From positions 6,453-70,452 of IMG/VR virus record IMGVR_UViG_3300030328_001739: a stretch of 64,000 nt of DNA, one strand, 5' to 3'. The stretch's first letter is position 1, and every line of letters begins with the position of its first letter. This document shows, in pieces, positions 29,787 through 38,947 of the stretch. The position numbers were made by a program, and so were the translations under genes. This DNA comes from a virus. A model generated the notes under the pieces. That model saw nothing but the letters and a program-made list of their open reading frames with translations, was not told the origin of the DNA and made no database searches.

Positions 29787-29846
29787 ACTTAGCCATCAAA
29801 TTATCAGCCGTCTTTTCTGTGTATGGTAATAACCACAATCTTTCAC

Positions 29847-30074
29847 TCATTGTTTCACCTCATAATCAGGATGGTTGGTTGGTAGTTTGTGTTTTCTCCT
29901 ATCGCACATATTCTGTATCAATTTAGCCGAGGATGCTGCCCCTTTTTTGAATCTTTCTTCTGCAAAGGTATCCCCAACAGGACACATTGACTGCTTCAAA
30001 TCATCCAAATCTATGCTGTGTAGCAACCATGTCAATATTTCATACTCAACGTGAGTGATTGTTTTGGCTCTCAT
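29847..30074 (-). CDS. hypothetical protein
   Basis: ATGA-coupled ORF in the early-gene cluster. Confidence 0.55.
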   Translation of the reverse strand: MRAKTITHVEYEILTWLLHSIDLDDLKQSMCPVGDTFAEERFKKGAASSAKLIQNMCDRRKHKLPTNHPDYEVKQ

Positions 30075-30469
30075 TCTAGCAACCCTCTAACAGTATTGAT
30101 ATTGAATAGTTTGGGGCTTGGTCGCATACTATATCCGTTGTCGAATATGTCTTTATCAACGCCTGTTAGGTGTGCAAATACCAACGATGCACAAGTCAAT
30201 CTAGGGTCTGCTAGTACACTAGCAACCTTTCTTGGGGTTTCTTTTCTAAACGCATAGGTGTGTAATATAATCCACATACCCATATCATCTAGCAACTCAT
30301 AAGCCTCCTTGTAGTATTTTTCAGGCATACCTTTCTTTAGAAGTATATTGGCTAGTGTTTTCATATCAGAGGCAGGTAGTTTACTCTCGCCTTTGTATAT
30401 CAACAGGTTGCCGTCTTCTGTGTTGGTAGGTACTAATCTGAACTTCTCGTACTTACTCATATTCCGCAC
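30071..30469 (-). CDS. hypothetical protein
   Basis: Overlapping operon ORF. Confidence 0.55.
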   Translation of the reverse strand: MRNMSKYEKFRLVPTNTEDGNLLIYKGESKLPASDMKTLANILLKKGMPEKYYKEAYELLDDMGMWIILHTYAFRKETPRKVASVLADPRLTCASLVFAHLTGVDKDIFDNGYSMRPSPKLFNINTVRGLLE

Positions 30470-30761
30470 CCATCTCCTCTAACCAATACAACCTTGCTTC
30501 TTCGGTTGCTTGTTCTCTTAGGGATGCTAGCGACTCTTGTGCGTATTGCACGTTTAAGTCTGTATTCACAAGTGTAGGTTCTCCTACTGGTTTTACCCAC
30601 ATAGTTTGTGTTGATAAGGTATCTAGGAAAATATCATTGATGCCATCTATACTATATCCTGCATCTCTAGCAACCCACTCAGTAACTAACTCATCAAACA
30701 TTTGTTGGATAAGTTCGTCTTTACTATCATAGTCATCGAATGATGCTCTTTCGCCACTCAT
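30453..30761 (-). CDS. hypothetical acidic protein
   Basis: Overlapping operon ORF with purine-rich SD. Confidence 0.55.
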   Translation of the reverse strand: MSGERASFDDYDSKDELIQQMFDELVTEWVARDAGYSIDGINDIFLDTLSTQTMWVKPVGEPTLVNTDLNVQYAQESLASLREQATEEARLYWLEEMGAEYE

Positions 30762-30905
30762 TCCATAGCCCCCTCTATATCTTTTAACAACCGTGTGGCT
30801 CTGTTGATTAATTTCTTGTCTGCTTTAGCGTCTTTCAATCTATCAGCAACCTCTGATATTTTCAAGGATGCTTGAAACATATTCCAATCTCGGTCAATGT
30901 TAACT

Positions 30906-31202
30906 TTACTCACTTAACTCACCCCCGTATCTATCTCCATTTGCTTCTACTACTGTTATAGGTATGTTGAGTGTTGCTAGCGAATCTAAACCACCTATGA
31001 GGGTGAATATAGTTCCTGTTACCATGTGTATATCTATCTCTAGATGGTCTACTAGACCTGTACCATGAACAGAGTCGTGTGTTTTATCACGTACTGTTAT
31101 TGCACTTATGTCCTCTACCCGTAGGTATGTCGTTCCGCTTGTCGTTTCTAGACCTCCTAAAAGGTCGCCTCTTTCTATCTCTACTGTTCTTTTTTTGTTC
31201 AT
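30906..31202 (-). CDS. hypothetical protein
   Basis: GGTGA SD upstream; beta-rich. Confidence 0.55.
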   Translation of the reverse strand: MNKKRTVEIERGDLLGGLETTSGTTYLRVEDISAITVRDKTHDSVHGTGLVDHLEIDIHMVTGTIFTLIGGLDSLATLNIPITVVEANGDRYGGELSE

Positions 31203-31209
31203 TTATTCT

Positions 31210-31500
31210 TCACCTTCTTCTTGATTCAATTTGTTTTTCGCCATTATAGTATGTATATGACATATATTGTATCGCTCCAATTAGTGCGTGTAACTCAGCC
31301 CAATCCACATCATTATCGAAGTTAGCAGTACCATCGTGGTACTTGTCATCCTCTACATCAGGGTATGCTGTATGTTTGCACATGACTAATTCATACAAGT
31401 CCTCATCATAATCAGCAACCGCCATAATGATATGCTGTGCTATTTCCATAGGATTATCATGTGCATTCAAGCCTTCTATCTTTGTCGTTGTTTTCTTCAT
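31210..31500 (-). CDS. hypothetical protein
   Basis: Abuts the upstream stop; GGAGG SD. Confidence 0.55.
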   Translation of the reverse strand: MKKTTTKIEGLNAHDNPMEIAQHIIMAVADYDEDLYELVMCKHTAYPDVEDDKYHDGTANFDNDVDWAELHALIGAIQYMSYTYYNGEKQIESRRR

Positions 31501-31803
31501 TTATTCTTCCTCCGTGAAGGGTGTTGGTCCCATGTCATGGAATGTTACCTTGTATTGTGGACCATGATTAGTTGTTGCTAAATCACGCATCCAAAGAGCG
31601 AAGTTGGTATCCTTAAAGTTTCTAACTTCGTATATTATTTCCGTAGTACATCCCCATAACTTGAGATATACCATGCACATTGTATCTCCAAGTGCTATAC
31701 GAGTTATACAGGTAGCGTTGCGGTGTAAGAAATTGTAAAATGCCCTCAATTCATTTTCATCGTTGCTAGACCAAGATATTACTATCTGTCCTGATTGTTT
31801 CAT
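31501..31803 (-). CDS. hypothetical protein
   Basis: ATGA-coupled ORF. Confidence 0.55.
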   Translation of the reverse strand: MKQSGQIVISWSSNDENELRAFYNFLHRNATCITRIALGDTMCMVYLKLWGCTTEIIYEVRNFKDTNFALWMRDLATTNHGPQYKVTFHDMGPTPFTEEE

Positions 31804-32078
31804 TCCTCTTCCCCTTCCTTTTCTACTTCTGCTACCAGTTCTGCTAGCAAATCGTTTGTTGTTATTTGTTCTGATAGTTTATTGTGTATGGTTGTTAGGC
31901 TTTCATATATACCTACATACTGTGGTTGTAATTCATCCATTCCATCTGCTCTAAGACTATCAAACAAACCAATCGTAGCCGTAACCACCCATTGGTATCC
32001 ATGCAACGCTATTACGCCCGTTGCCAACGCATCTGTCAATACTTTTATGCTTTTTTCTACTTCATTCATTTTTTTCAC
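31800..32078 (-). CDS. hypothetical protein
   Basis: Helical ORF in the operon, downstream of a TTTATA box. Confidence 0.5.
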   Translation of the reverse strand: MKKMNEVEKSIKVLTDALATGVIALHGYQWVVTATIGLFDSLRADGMDELQPQYVGIYESLTTIHNKLSEQITTNDLLAELVAEVEKEGEEE

Positions 32079-32625
32079 TTCCGTTGTTTTTCCGACCTAA
32101 TGCCCCCATATAAACCCCTTCTATATCGTAAGGTAGGTCTGAAATGTCCTGCTCTGTAAGAGCATCGTTGCTTAGTAACTTGGATAGGTCGAGTACCCAA
32201 GCATCCCCATGTGAACGCATCGTGTGTTCGACTAGGCTTTCATTGATGTAGGCCTCTACTTCTTGTAGGTCCATACCGTTGACTGTTGCTAGGTGTTGTA
32301 TTGTAGGCTTGGCTGCACCTACTGATAGGCTTCTGCCTATGTGCTTACATTGGTGGCATAACGGGCATAGTGCTTGAAGTCCTAGCAACGTCTGTATTCT
32401 ATTCTCTTCATCGTATCCCCATATCTCATGGCATTCTACGTTGTGTTTGCGGCCTTGTTGCTTACCTGTCGCTCCACAAATCTCACAGACATTACCTGCC
32501 TTTTCGTAGCAGTCCTTACGCAACCTATCCCATGTGCAACCACGTACAAGTGAACGTAAGTTGTTACCGAATGAGTTGCTAGGGATTAATTCGATGCTAA
32601 GTATTTTTGTCTTATGATTTACCAT
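32062..32625 (-). CDS. HNH-family zinc-binding endonuclease
   Basis: WDRLRK..CEICG..ECHEIW..LCPLCHQCKH. Confidence 0.75.
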   Translation of the reverse strand: MVNHKTKILSIELIPSNSFGNNLRSLVRGCTWDRLRKDCYEKAGNVCEICGATGKQQGRKHNVECHEIWGYDEENRIQTLLGLQALCPLCHQCKHIGRSLSVGAAKPTIQHLATVNGMDLQEVEAYINESLVEHTMRSHGDAWVLDLSKLLSNDALTEQDISDLPYDIEGVYMGALGRKNNGSEKNE

Positions 32626-33500
32626 CTGACAACCTCGTCATTGTTGTTATCTGAATCAGGGTCATCATCTAAATCAAACATTTCTGTTTGTTTGTAATCT
32701 TCGGGGACATCAATAAAGGTTGCTAAATGTTCTTGGATGCTATCATTTCTTAACTCTTCCATGTCTGCACCTTCGTGTATTTCCCTAACAACACCGTTCA
32801 TTCTTTCTGCGTTGTTTTTTAGAAACCCTAAGAAGAAATGAATCTCATCGGGAACTTTTGTTGAATCAACAGCCATGAAACCTCTTGAGTCTAACTCGAA
32901 ACCTGAAACACCTGCTTCTGCGAACTTCTGTATAGCACGTTGCGAGAATCTTGTAGCACAACCTAACGTCATGTCAACCTTATCCTCGTCTGACATATCT
33001 TCATCATACTTTACCAGTATGTTCATTGGTATGCCTACGTCATACGGAGCAACGCCACCGAAATCAGTTAGCACTTGTCTTTCGAACAGAGCCATTGTGT
33101 ATGTCATAATGAAACTTTCAGGAAAGTATCCTGCTTCTTCTTCTGTTCTTTTGTAAAGTTTAGGTAGCAACTCTTCGAGTAGGTTAATTTCAGCAAATGT
33201 GTATTCTTCTAGCAACTGCTGTGGTAACACCTTAGCCTCTAGGTCGTGTTCTTCTACGCTGTATAATCCGTGTATAGGATGCACAGGTATAGGTAACTCT
33301 TCCATTATCGTTGCTAGTAATTTCAACGGGTCCTCATCATCAATCTTTTTTTCCAAATCTCTTATCCATTTTTGTGTTTTCATTTTCTCATCTCCTCCAT
33401 TGAAGCCATAGCCCTTAGAAGGGCAGGTAATGGTAGGTTTATTTTTTTCAAATCTTCCAAAGTAGGTTCTTTGCCTTCGAGTAATCCTCTTCGTAGGCAA
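32619..33500 (-). CDS. hypothetical acidic protein
   Basis: Long ORF; true start probably MKTQKW at about 33383. Confidence 0.55.
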   Translation of the reverse strand: MPTKRITRRQRTYFGRFEKNKPTITCPSKGYGFNGGDEKMKTQKWIRDLEKKIDDEDPLKLLATIMEELPIPVHPIHGLYSVEEHDLEAKVLPQQLLEEYTFAEINLLEELLPKLYKRTEEEAGYFPESFIMTYTMALFERQVLTDFGGVAPYDVGIPMNILVKYDEDMSDEDKVDMTLGCATRFSQRAIQKFAEAGVSGFELDSRGFMAVDSTKVPDEIHFFLGFLKNNAERMNGVVREIHEGADMEELRNDSIQEHLATFIDVPEDYKQTEMFDLDDDPDSDNNNDEVVRW

Positions 33501-33973
33501 TTCTCTAGTTCTGTAACGTCATGCCCCTCATCCTTGAGTTGCTTGAGTATAGGATTACACTCTAACTCTAACACAAAACAGTTTTCTCTTGCTTTTTGGA
33601 ATGCTTTTTGGTATTCAGTAGCACTAACATAAGGTTCGTTGCTAGGTTTGGTTAATATGAAAACCTTACCCCGTATGTATTCCTGCATATCAAGACCCCA
33701 GTATTCCATGAAAGTTGAAAGTCCTTCGTTGTAAGGAACTAAAAACCCCTCCTGTATCGAAGGAGAGAAAGCAACGGCAGTTATTTCTCTAGGTGTTCCT
33801 GTTACAGAATCAGGTAACACACGGCCATTGTATTTGTATGTTAGAACCATATCTTCGCCAACCATCCTACTGATTACTTTCCAAAAGTCATCGTTGATAG
33901 GCTCACCTGAAACAACCGTAGGTTTGTGTTTGTGTTGCGAGGACATCATATAACCAACTAAATCCTCACTCAT
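33380..33973 (-). CDS. hypothetical protein
   Basis: ATGA-coupled with GGAGG SD. Confidence 0.55.
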   Translation of the reverse strand: MSEDLVGYMMSSQHKHKPTVVSGEPINDDFWKVISRMVGEDMVLTYKYNGRVLPDSVTGTPREITAVAFSPSIQEGFLVPYNEGLSTFMEYWGLDMQEYIRGKVFILTKPSNEPYVSATEYQKAFQKARENCFVLELECNPILKQLKDEGHDVTELENCLRRGLLEGKEPTLEDLKKINLPLPALLRAMASMEEMRK

Positions 33974-34344
33974 AAATACGCCTCCTTACGGATTGCTCTG
34001 TACCAATCTTCATCCCTTTGGGCTTCTTTAGGGAACTTTAATGCTCTTTCCATACAGATGGCTCCGCTTGTGCATGGTTGCATAGCCTTAGCCCCACAAG
34101 TAGGACAGGAAACACAATATGTAAACTGCACAAATCCTCTGTTGTTTACTATCTGTTGGTATCTAGGATTTATTTTCCTAGTCTCTCTTCTCTCTATCTT
34201 AGCAACGTCAACCTGTCCGTTGCTGTCTAGAGGTTTAGCCACTCTTCGTTGGCGTATAGGCTTAGGCTCGGCCTTGACCGACTGCTTACGCCTACCTCTA
34301 ATTGCGTTCAGTATTCCATCATAATCAATGTTAAATATATTCAT
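33970..34344 (-). CDS. basic zinc-finger protein
   Basis: CPTCGA..PC..C motif. Confidence 0.5.
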   Translation of the reverse strand: MNIFNIDYDGILNAIRGRRKQSVKAEPKPIRQRRVAKPLDSNGQVDVAKIERRETRKINPRYQQIVNNRGFVQFTYCVSCPTCGAKAMQPCTSGAICMERALKFPKEAQRDEDWYRAIRKEAYL

Positions 34345-34423
34345 TCATTTTCCTCCAATTCATCTATTGCGACTACTACATCCTTCTTAAGTTGTTCGCT
34401 ACTTCTTCTCCAATTCCTGTGAG

Positions 34424-34771
34424 TCATTGAGTATCCTCCTCTACCGACTTCCAAAAATCTTCAACGTCTTTCTGTACCTTTTCTAATAGGTCGTACATCT
34501 CGCCTTCCATATCCCATATTGTATCTAGTGCATCTCTGTACTTCCTTGTATGTACGTCGTGTTCATCTAGCAACTCACACGCTTCATCTATGAATGCTGC
34601 CGCATCTATCACACGGTTGGTCGAGCGTTCAACATCTCTCTGAATGCCTAACAACCGCCTTTCTTCTCGTAGGTTTCTAAATCTAGTTAGTTCCTTATCC
34701 ATACTTTCCACTAGGTCGTATAGTACCCCGTTCTCTGTTGCTTCATCAACTAATTTTATTATATCTTCCAT
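34424..34771 (-). CDS. hypothetical coiled-coil protein
   Basis: Helical and charged; GGAGG SD. Confidence 0.55.
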   Translation of the reverse strand: MEDIIKLVDEATENGVLYDLVESMDKELTRFRNLREERRLLGIQRDVERSTNRVIDAAAFIDEACELLDEHDVHTRKYRDALDTIWDMEGEMYDLLEKVQKDVEDFWKSVEEDTQ

Positions 34772-34772
34772 T

Positions 34773-35066
34773 TTAGTTCCTCCTTAACATACTGTAAGCC
34801 TCTTCGTTGCTAGTGAACATCACAGGCTTAACCCCTCTAGGTGTAGTTCGTATGAATGCTTTACTTCGCAACGCCCTCCCTAGAAACTGTCCGTATGTAA
34901 TCGCATATCTGCTAGACCTGTATGACTTGCCGTTTTTGAAAGTCATGTTCTCATAGATTGTTCTAGCCGTACAAGGTACTTCTCTCTCTAGCAACCATCT
35001 TGCACCACATTCCATAGCGGGGCTGCTTACTCTCCTTCGTGCGTGGATACCTACCAACTCACTCAT
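34773..35066 (-). CDS. basic winged-helix-like protein
   Basis: Similar layout to 17831..18127 and 25548..25868. Confidence 0.45.
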   Translation of the reverse strand: MSELVGIHARRRVSSPAMECGARWLLEREVPCTARTIYENMTFKNGKSYRSSRYAITYGQFLGRALRSKAFIRTTPRGVKPVMFTSNEEAYSMLRRN

Positions 35067-35288
35067 TCAATCACCTCTACATCGTCTTAGTTCTTCACGC
35101 AACCGCAAGACTTCTGCTAAGAGAAGTGGTGCGTCTTGTATGAGTATGGCGTTAGCCTCTATTGTTTCCCCATCATTACCGAAGATATTGATAGCCCAAT
35201 TCCAATCACAATCATCAAGCATCCATTCGCCTTCTGTGTGTCCTTCGTATCTGTCTATGATTGCGGCTCGTGTCCATAGTTCAATCAT
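35067..35288 (-). CDS. phage hypothetical protein
   Basis: HTEGEW...ANAILIQDAPLLL motif common in small phage proteins. Confidence 0.55.
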   Translation of the reverse strand: MIELWTRAAIIDRYEGHTEGEWMLDDCDWNWAINIFGNDGETIEANAILIQDAPLLLAEVLRLREELRRCRGD

Positions 35289-35593
35289 TCTTCTTCAACC
35301 CCCAAGATTTCAACCCCCAAGATATTATCAAAGTGTGCGACTATTCCTTTTGGGCTAGCAAGTAACACATCACCTACTATGTACCCATTCGATAGGTAAC
35401 AAGTTGCTATTTCATTGATTGGCAAACCTAACAACAAGCCTTCTTCGTTGACAAAGAGTTTACCATCAGGGACAACACATCGGGCTTCGGTATAGTAACC
35501 ACCTACCGCCTTCTGTATTTCCTCTAAGGTTGGCTCATAGCCTACACTTATCGTTATTAGTTCTCCATCCGTTGCTATCTTTTCGTATATCAT
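35285..35593 (-). CDS. DUF3846-like protein
   Basis: TLEEIQKAVGGY..VNEEGLLLGLPIN..IVGDVLL. Confidence 0.75.
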   Translation of the reverse strand: MIYEKIATDGELITISVGYEPTLEEIQKAVGGYYTEARCVVPDGKLFVNEEGLLLGLPINEIATCYLSNGYIVGDVLLASPKGIVAHFDNILGVEILGVEEE

Positions 35594-35845
35594 TTATTCT
35601 TCCTCCATTGGTATCTGTACCCAACGCAACTGTTCACCTGTGTCTATGATTGCATTAGGTTGATTGTGATGTAGATAGATGACATTCCATCCGTTGCTTA
35701 GTGTATCTATATGTGATACGGGAACGTGTATACCTCCGAGTTCATCGGGTAACTTGACTGTCTGTATATCCCGTAGGGGTACTAGCAACCCGTCTTTCTC
35801 AACTATACCCGCATTGATGCGAGGGTCGTATGTGAAATGTTCCAT
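35594..35845 (-). CDS. hypothetical protein
   Basis: GGTGA SD; abuts the next gene. Confidence 0.5.
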   Translation of the reverse strand: MEHFTYDPRINAGIVEKDGLLVPLRDIQTVKLPDELGGIHVPVSHIDTLSNGWNVIYLHHNQPNAIIDTGEQLRWVQIPMEEE

Positions 35846-36007
35846 TTATTCATCACCCATCCACATCCTGAATCTTGCAGGAATAACAGTCGTATAGTTA
35901 CAAGTGCGGCAACACCTACCATCAGCAACGGGTTGAGCATTATGCCCATCAAGCCACGAACCTTCGGGTGGGATTGGGTGTTCGCAGATAACACAAGGCT
36001 TGCCCAT

Positions 36008-36313
36008 TCAAGCAACCCCCTGTCTACCTGCATAGGGTAAGTCAATATCCTTGATTTTCCATACCATGTCTATTGAATCTAATTCGTTGCTATTGAAGTA
36101 TCCTAGTTCATCGTGCATACCTTGTACGAATCCGAAGCAAGTGCCATCTTCATCCATCTCGGTTGCGAACCAGTACCAACCTGTGAACGATTCCCAACCC
36201 GCCAGTACAGGCAGGTGGGTATCAGGATGAGGAGGCTCGGTTGCTTTGGAAGCCTCCCCCACATACACATATAGGGAGCCTAGATGCGACACGATTGAAA
36301 CCATATTTAGCAA
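36008..36313 (-). CDS. DUF2958-like protein
   Basis: GWYWFATE..FGFVQG..ELGYF..EL motif. Confidence 0.65.
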   Translation of the reverse strand: MLNMVSIVSHLGSLYVYVGEASKATEPPHPDTHLPVLAGWESFTGWYWFATEMDEDGTCFGFVQGMHDELGYFNSNELDSIDMVWKIKDIDLPYAGRQGVA

Positions 36314-36756
36314 CCCCCCTCTATTTGTGCTTGGGCTACATCATAAGCCCTGAGAGTAAGCGTCTTTGCTATACTACGCAACCACTTGTCTTTAGGTACA
36401 TCTTTACCATGCTCAAATCCGCATAGGTCTACCCATACAGACCATATGTAAAACTCTAGTTGTTCTGTATCACACACCTCATCTACCTTAGAATTGATGA
36501 TAGAGTCTTTAGTTTGGTTGTCAGGGTCTAAACTGTATTCGTGAAATGCCTCTACGCCTCTAAACCATGCTTCTTGCAGGAATATGATACCTGCGGGCAT
36601 AGCGACTTCTTCGGATTCTACGTCAATCGTTGCTAGTGTTGGCCTAGCGAACATATCTTGCTGTGTCAATTCAGCAAATACCTCAAACATTTCGTGATAA
36701 AATGGAGGCGGTCTTGTTTGTTGTACTCTTAGGTAACGGTTGCCTTCATGTTCCAT
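36307..36756 (-). CDS. hypothetical protein
   Basis: Operon ORF, acidic. Confidence 0.55.
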   Translation of the reverse strand: MEHEGNRYLRVQQTRPPPFYHEMFEVFAELTQQDMFARPTLATIDVESEEVAMPAGIIFLQEAWFRGVEAFHEYSLDPDNQTKDSIINSKVDEVCDTEQLEFYIWSVWVDLCGFEHGKDVPKDKWLRSIAKTLTLRAYDVAQAQIEGGC

Positions 36757-36758
36757 AC

Positions 36759-37127
36759 TCAGACACCCCCTATTGCATAATCCACATCATCAACTGAATC
36801 GAAGATTTTCCTGCGTAGGTCTTGCATCTGTATGTTGCTAGCATTAGCGTCAAGTGCCTCGAAGTAATTCTCTATATCACATAGTAAATCGTTGCTTACT
36901 CTAACCATTTTATTTGCTCTGCTGATTGCTGCGTCTCTCTGTATTAGCATTGTATCATATCCCCTTGCTCTCTGTCTGCGTTGCTTTCTCGCCTCTTTGC
37001 GTAGGTGCTTATCCACCTCTGTACGTGCATCTATTTCTGCACCTACTTCATCTATCGTTTTTCCGTCAATCGTTATATTCATGTTATCGCTTTCCATGTA
37101 ACTCAACCCTTCCGACCTCGGTGTCAT
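36759..37127 (-). CDS. hypothetical protein
   Basis: First gene of the small-ORF operon; start may be an internal ATG. Confidence 0.55.
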   Translation of the reverse strand: MTPRSEGLSYMESDNMNITIDGKTIDEVGAEIDARTEVDKHLRKEARKQRRQRARGYDTMLIQRDAAISRANKMVRVSNDLLCDIENYFEALDANASNIQMQDLRRKIFDSVDDVDYAIGGV

Positions 37128-37573
37128 ACTTAAACCACTCGGCCAAAACCGACCAACTCACCTGTCTATGTATGCACACCTAGTCTGTGCGTAGCCCCCG
37201 TATGACCTGCCTCTGTGGTTGCTTGTGTGCTGGTGTATCTGCTGGTGTCTAGGTGTAGGCTTGGCCGTTGTTAGGTAGCCCTCTCATGTATGCGTATCTA
37301 CACAAACCTGTCGAAAGTTGAAAATTATGCTTTTATCTCCCGCATTTCTTCGCAAGTATTGATAGTGATTAAGTCTCTCACCGCCTCTACTTAGAAACGG
37401 TTTCAATTTCAGTAGGGAGGCTGATGCGAGACTGCATCCGTGTGTATGGGTCAAGAACCACTAGAGGGTGGTCCTTAACCCCCTCAAACACGCACGTAAA
37501 TTACCGAAGGTAATTTGGTTGCTAGAGAAACTGGTTCCAGAATGAGGTTCCAGTAGGGCCTGAAATTGTTGCT

Positions 37574-37605
37574 AAAAAAAGGGGAGATGGCGAAGCCATC
37601 CCCCC
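37574..37605 (-). terminator. hairpin plus oligo-T terminator
   Basis: GGGGAGATGGC-GAA-GCCATCCCCCC next to an A7 run (T7 on minus), just after ORF 37625..37885. Confidence 0.7.
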
Positions 37606-37624
37606 AATTTGCTATGTAGGTTGC

Positions 37625-37885
37625 TTATTCTTGTAAAGAATCAAACACTCTGTCGGATATGTCTTGCACATCCTCTGTTTGTATGTCTTCGCCTCGGTGA
37701 ATCGCTTCTATCAATGTAATTGATTCCTCGGTAAATGTCCTTAGTTCCTCTTGAGGAACGCCTTGCTCTCTGAGAAGGTTGCTAAGAAGGACACGAGCCG
37801 CAAAGCCACGCTCCTCCTCAGAAGGGTCTAGCAACACCCTAACCAAATCAGTCAAGAAGTCCGTAGGGACTGTTGTTTCATCCAT
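37625..37885 (-). CDS. small acidic helical protein
   Basis: GGAGGTGA SD; third gene of the AAA/VWA operon. Confidence 0.65.
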   Translation of the reverse strand: MDETTVPTDFLTDLVRVLLDPSEEERGFAARVLLSNLLREQGVPQEELRTFTEESITLIEAIHRGEDIQTEDVQDISDRVFDSLQE

Positions 37886-38902
37886 TTATTCACCTCCTTT
37901 AGTAGTGTAGTTAAGCAACGCTTTACTAATCTCACTAACCATATGTTTCATAGCGTTAGTGGCAGAAATGCCACCTGCCGACCATCCTGCCATTACATGG
38001 CCTTCTTCAAGACCAATCATACGAAGTATTTCTTGCTTATCCTCATCAGAATAAACTACATCAGGATAACCTAAACTACCATCTACATCAGGACCTCCTA
38101 ATGTCTTCATTAGGGTAAATATTCCAGTTCTAAAGAACCAACTAGAAGCACCACTTGATACTAAAGTATCATTGAATGGGTCCGAAGGGTCCTTCAATTT
38201 GTAAGCATAAAAACCGTTGCTATAAGCACCATTGTAAACAGATTTGCCTCGGTTAGCAATCCAAACCTCAAGGTTAAATCCGGCATCAGAAAGGGCTTCG
38301 GAGATAGCAACAACTACCGCCATAGCAGCAGCAAGTACCTCAGCACCAACAGAACATGATGCAGCCAAAGGCAGGACTAGAGCAATTGAATCTCTAGGAG
38401 CCTTTGACTTCATCTTTCTCCTACCAAATGGTTCACCATTTAACAGGCGGAAAGCATTGACCTTGCAGGGCAAGGACTCAACATTTCTCCACTTAGCAAC
38501 GAACTCAGTTAAGTCAATTTCATTGACTTGTTGTAGTGCTTCTTGACGGAACTTTACAAGTAAATCAATATCAATTTGTCTGAACTGTCCTAATTCGGAT
38601 GAAATCCGAGACTCTGTTAGTTTATTTGCAGGGACACCTTCAATGCCTTCTTCACGGCCAATCCATGACAGAGAAGGAACATCTTCTAGAGGATTCTCGG
38701 TGTAATTATCATCGAAACTACCGTTCGGTAGAGACTGAATAATCTTAAGATTCTCAGGCCTTAAGAAATCTGATAAGTCATTCGCTGAATGAGCAACGAA
38801 GCAACGAGCATTCATCTTTTCGTTTACGAAAGTTGAAGCCTGATTAGTGTCGTTTACTTCTTGTAAGAAGTTAACAACCTCAGTTTTGGTTAAACTTGCC
38901 AT
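37886..38902 (-). CDS. VWA-like partner of the AAA ATPase (CobT-like C-terminal domain)
   Basis: IALVLPLAASCSV, ISEALSDAGFNLEVW, LKDP, WFFR, LGYP; directly downstream of the AAA gene; GGAGGTGA SD. Confidence 0.65.
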   Translation of the reverse strand: MASLTKTEVVNFLQEVNDTNQASTFVNEKMNARCFVAHSANDLSDFLRPENLKIIQSLPNGSFDDNYTENPLEDVPSLSWIGREEGIEGVPANKLTESRISSELGQFRQIDIDLLVKFRQEALQQVNEIDLTEFVAKWRNVESLPCKVNAFRLLNGEPFGRRKMKSKAPRDSIALVLPLAASCSVGAEVLAAAMAVVVAISEALSDAGFNLEVWIANRGKSVYNGAYSNGFYAYKLKDPSDPFNDTLVSSGASSWFFRTGIFTLMKTLGGPDVDGSLGYPDVVYSDEDKQEILRMIGLEEGHVMAGWSAGGISATNAMKHMVSEISKALLNYTTKGGE

Positions 38903-38947
38903 ACTTTTTCACCTCCTTGATTGAAAATCAAAGGAGAGACAGTCTAT

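Noticed and set aside
37420-37530. Possible hammerhead ribozyme (CTGATG...GAAA)
   Set aside because: Core reads CTGATGC rather than CTGANGA and I could not build the three required stems.
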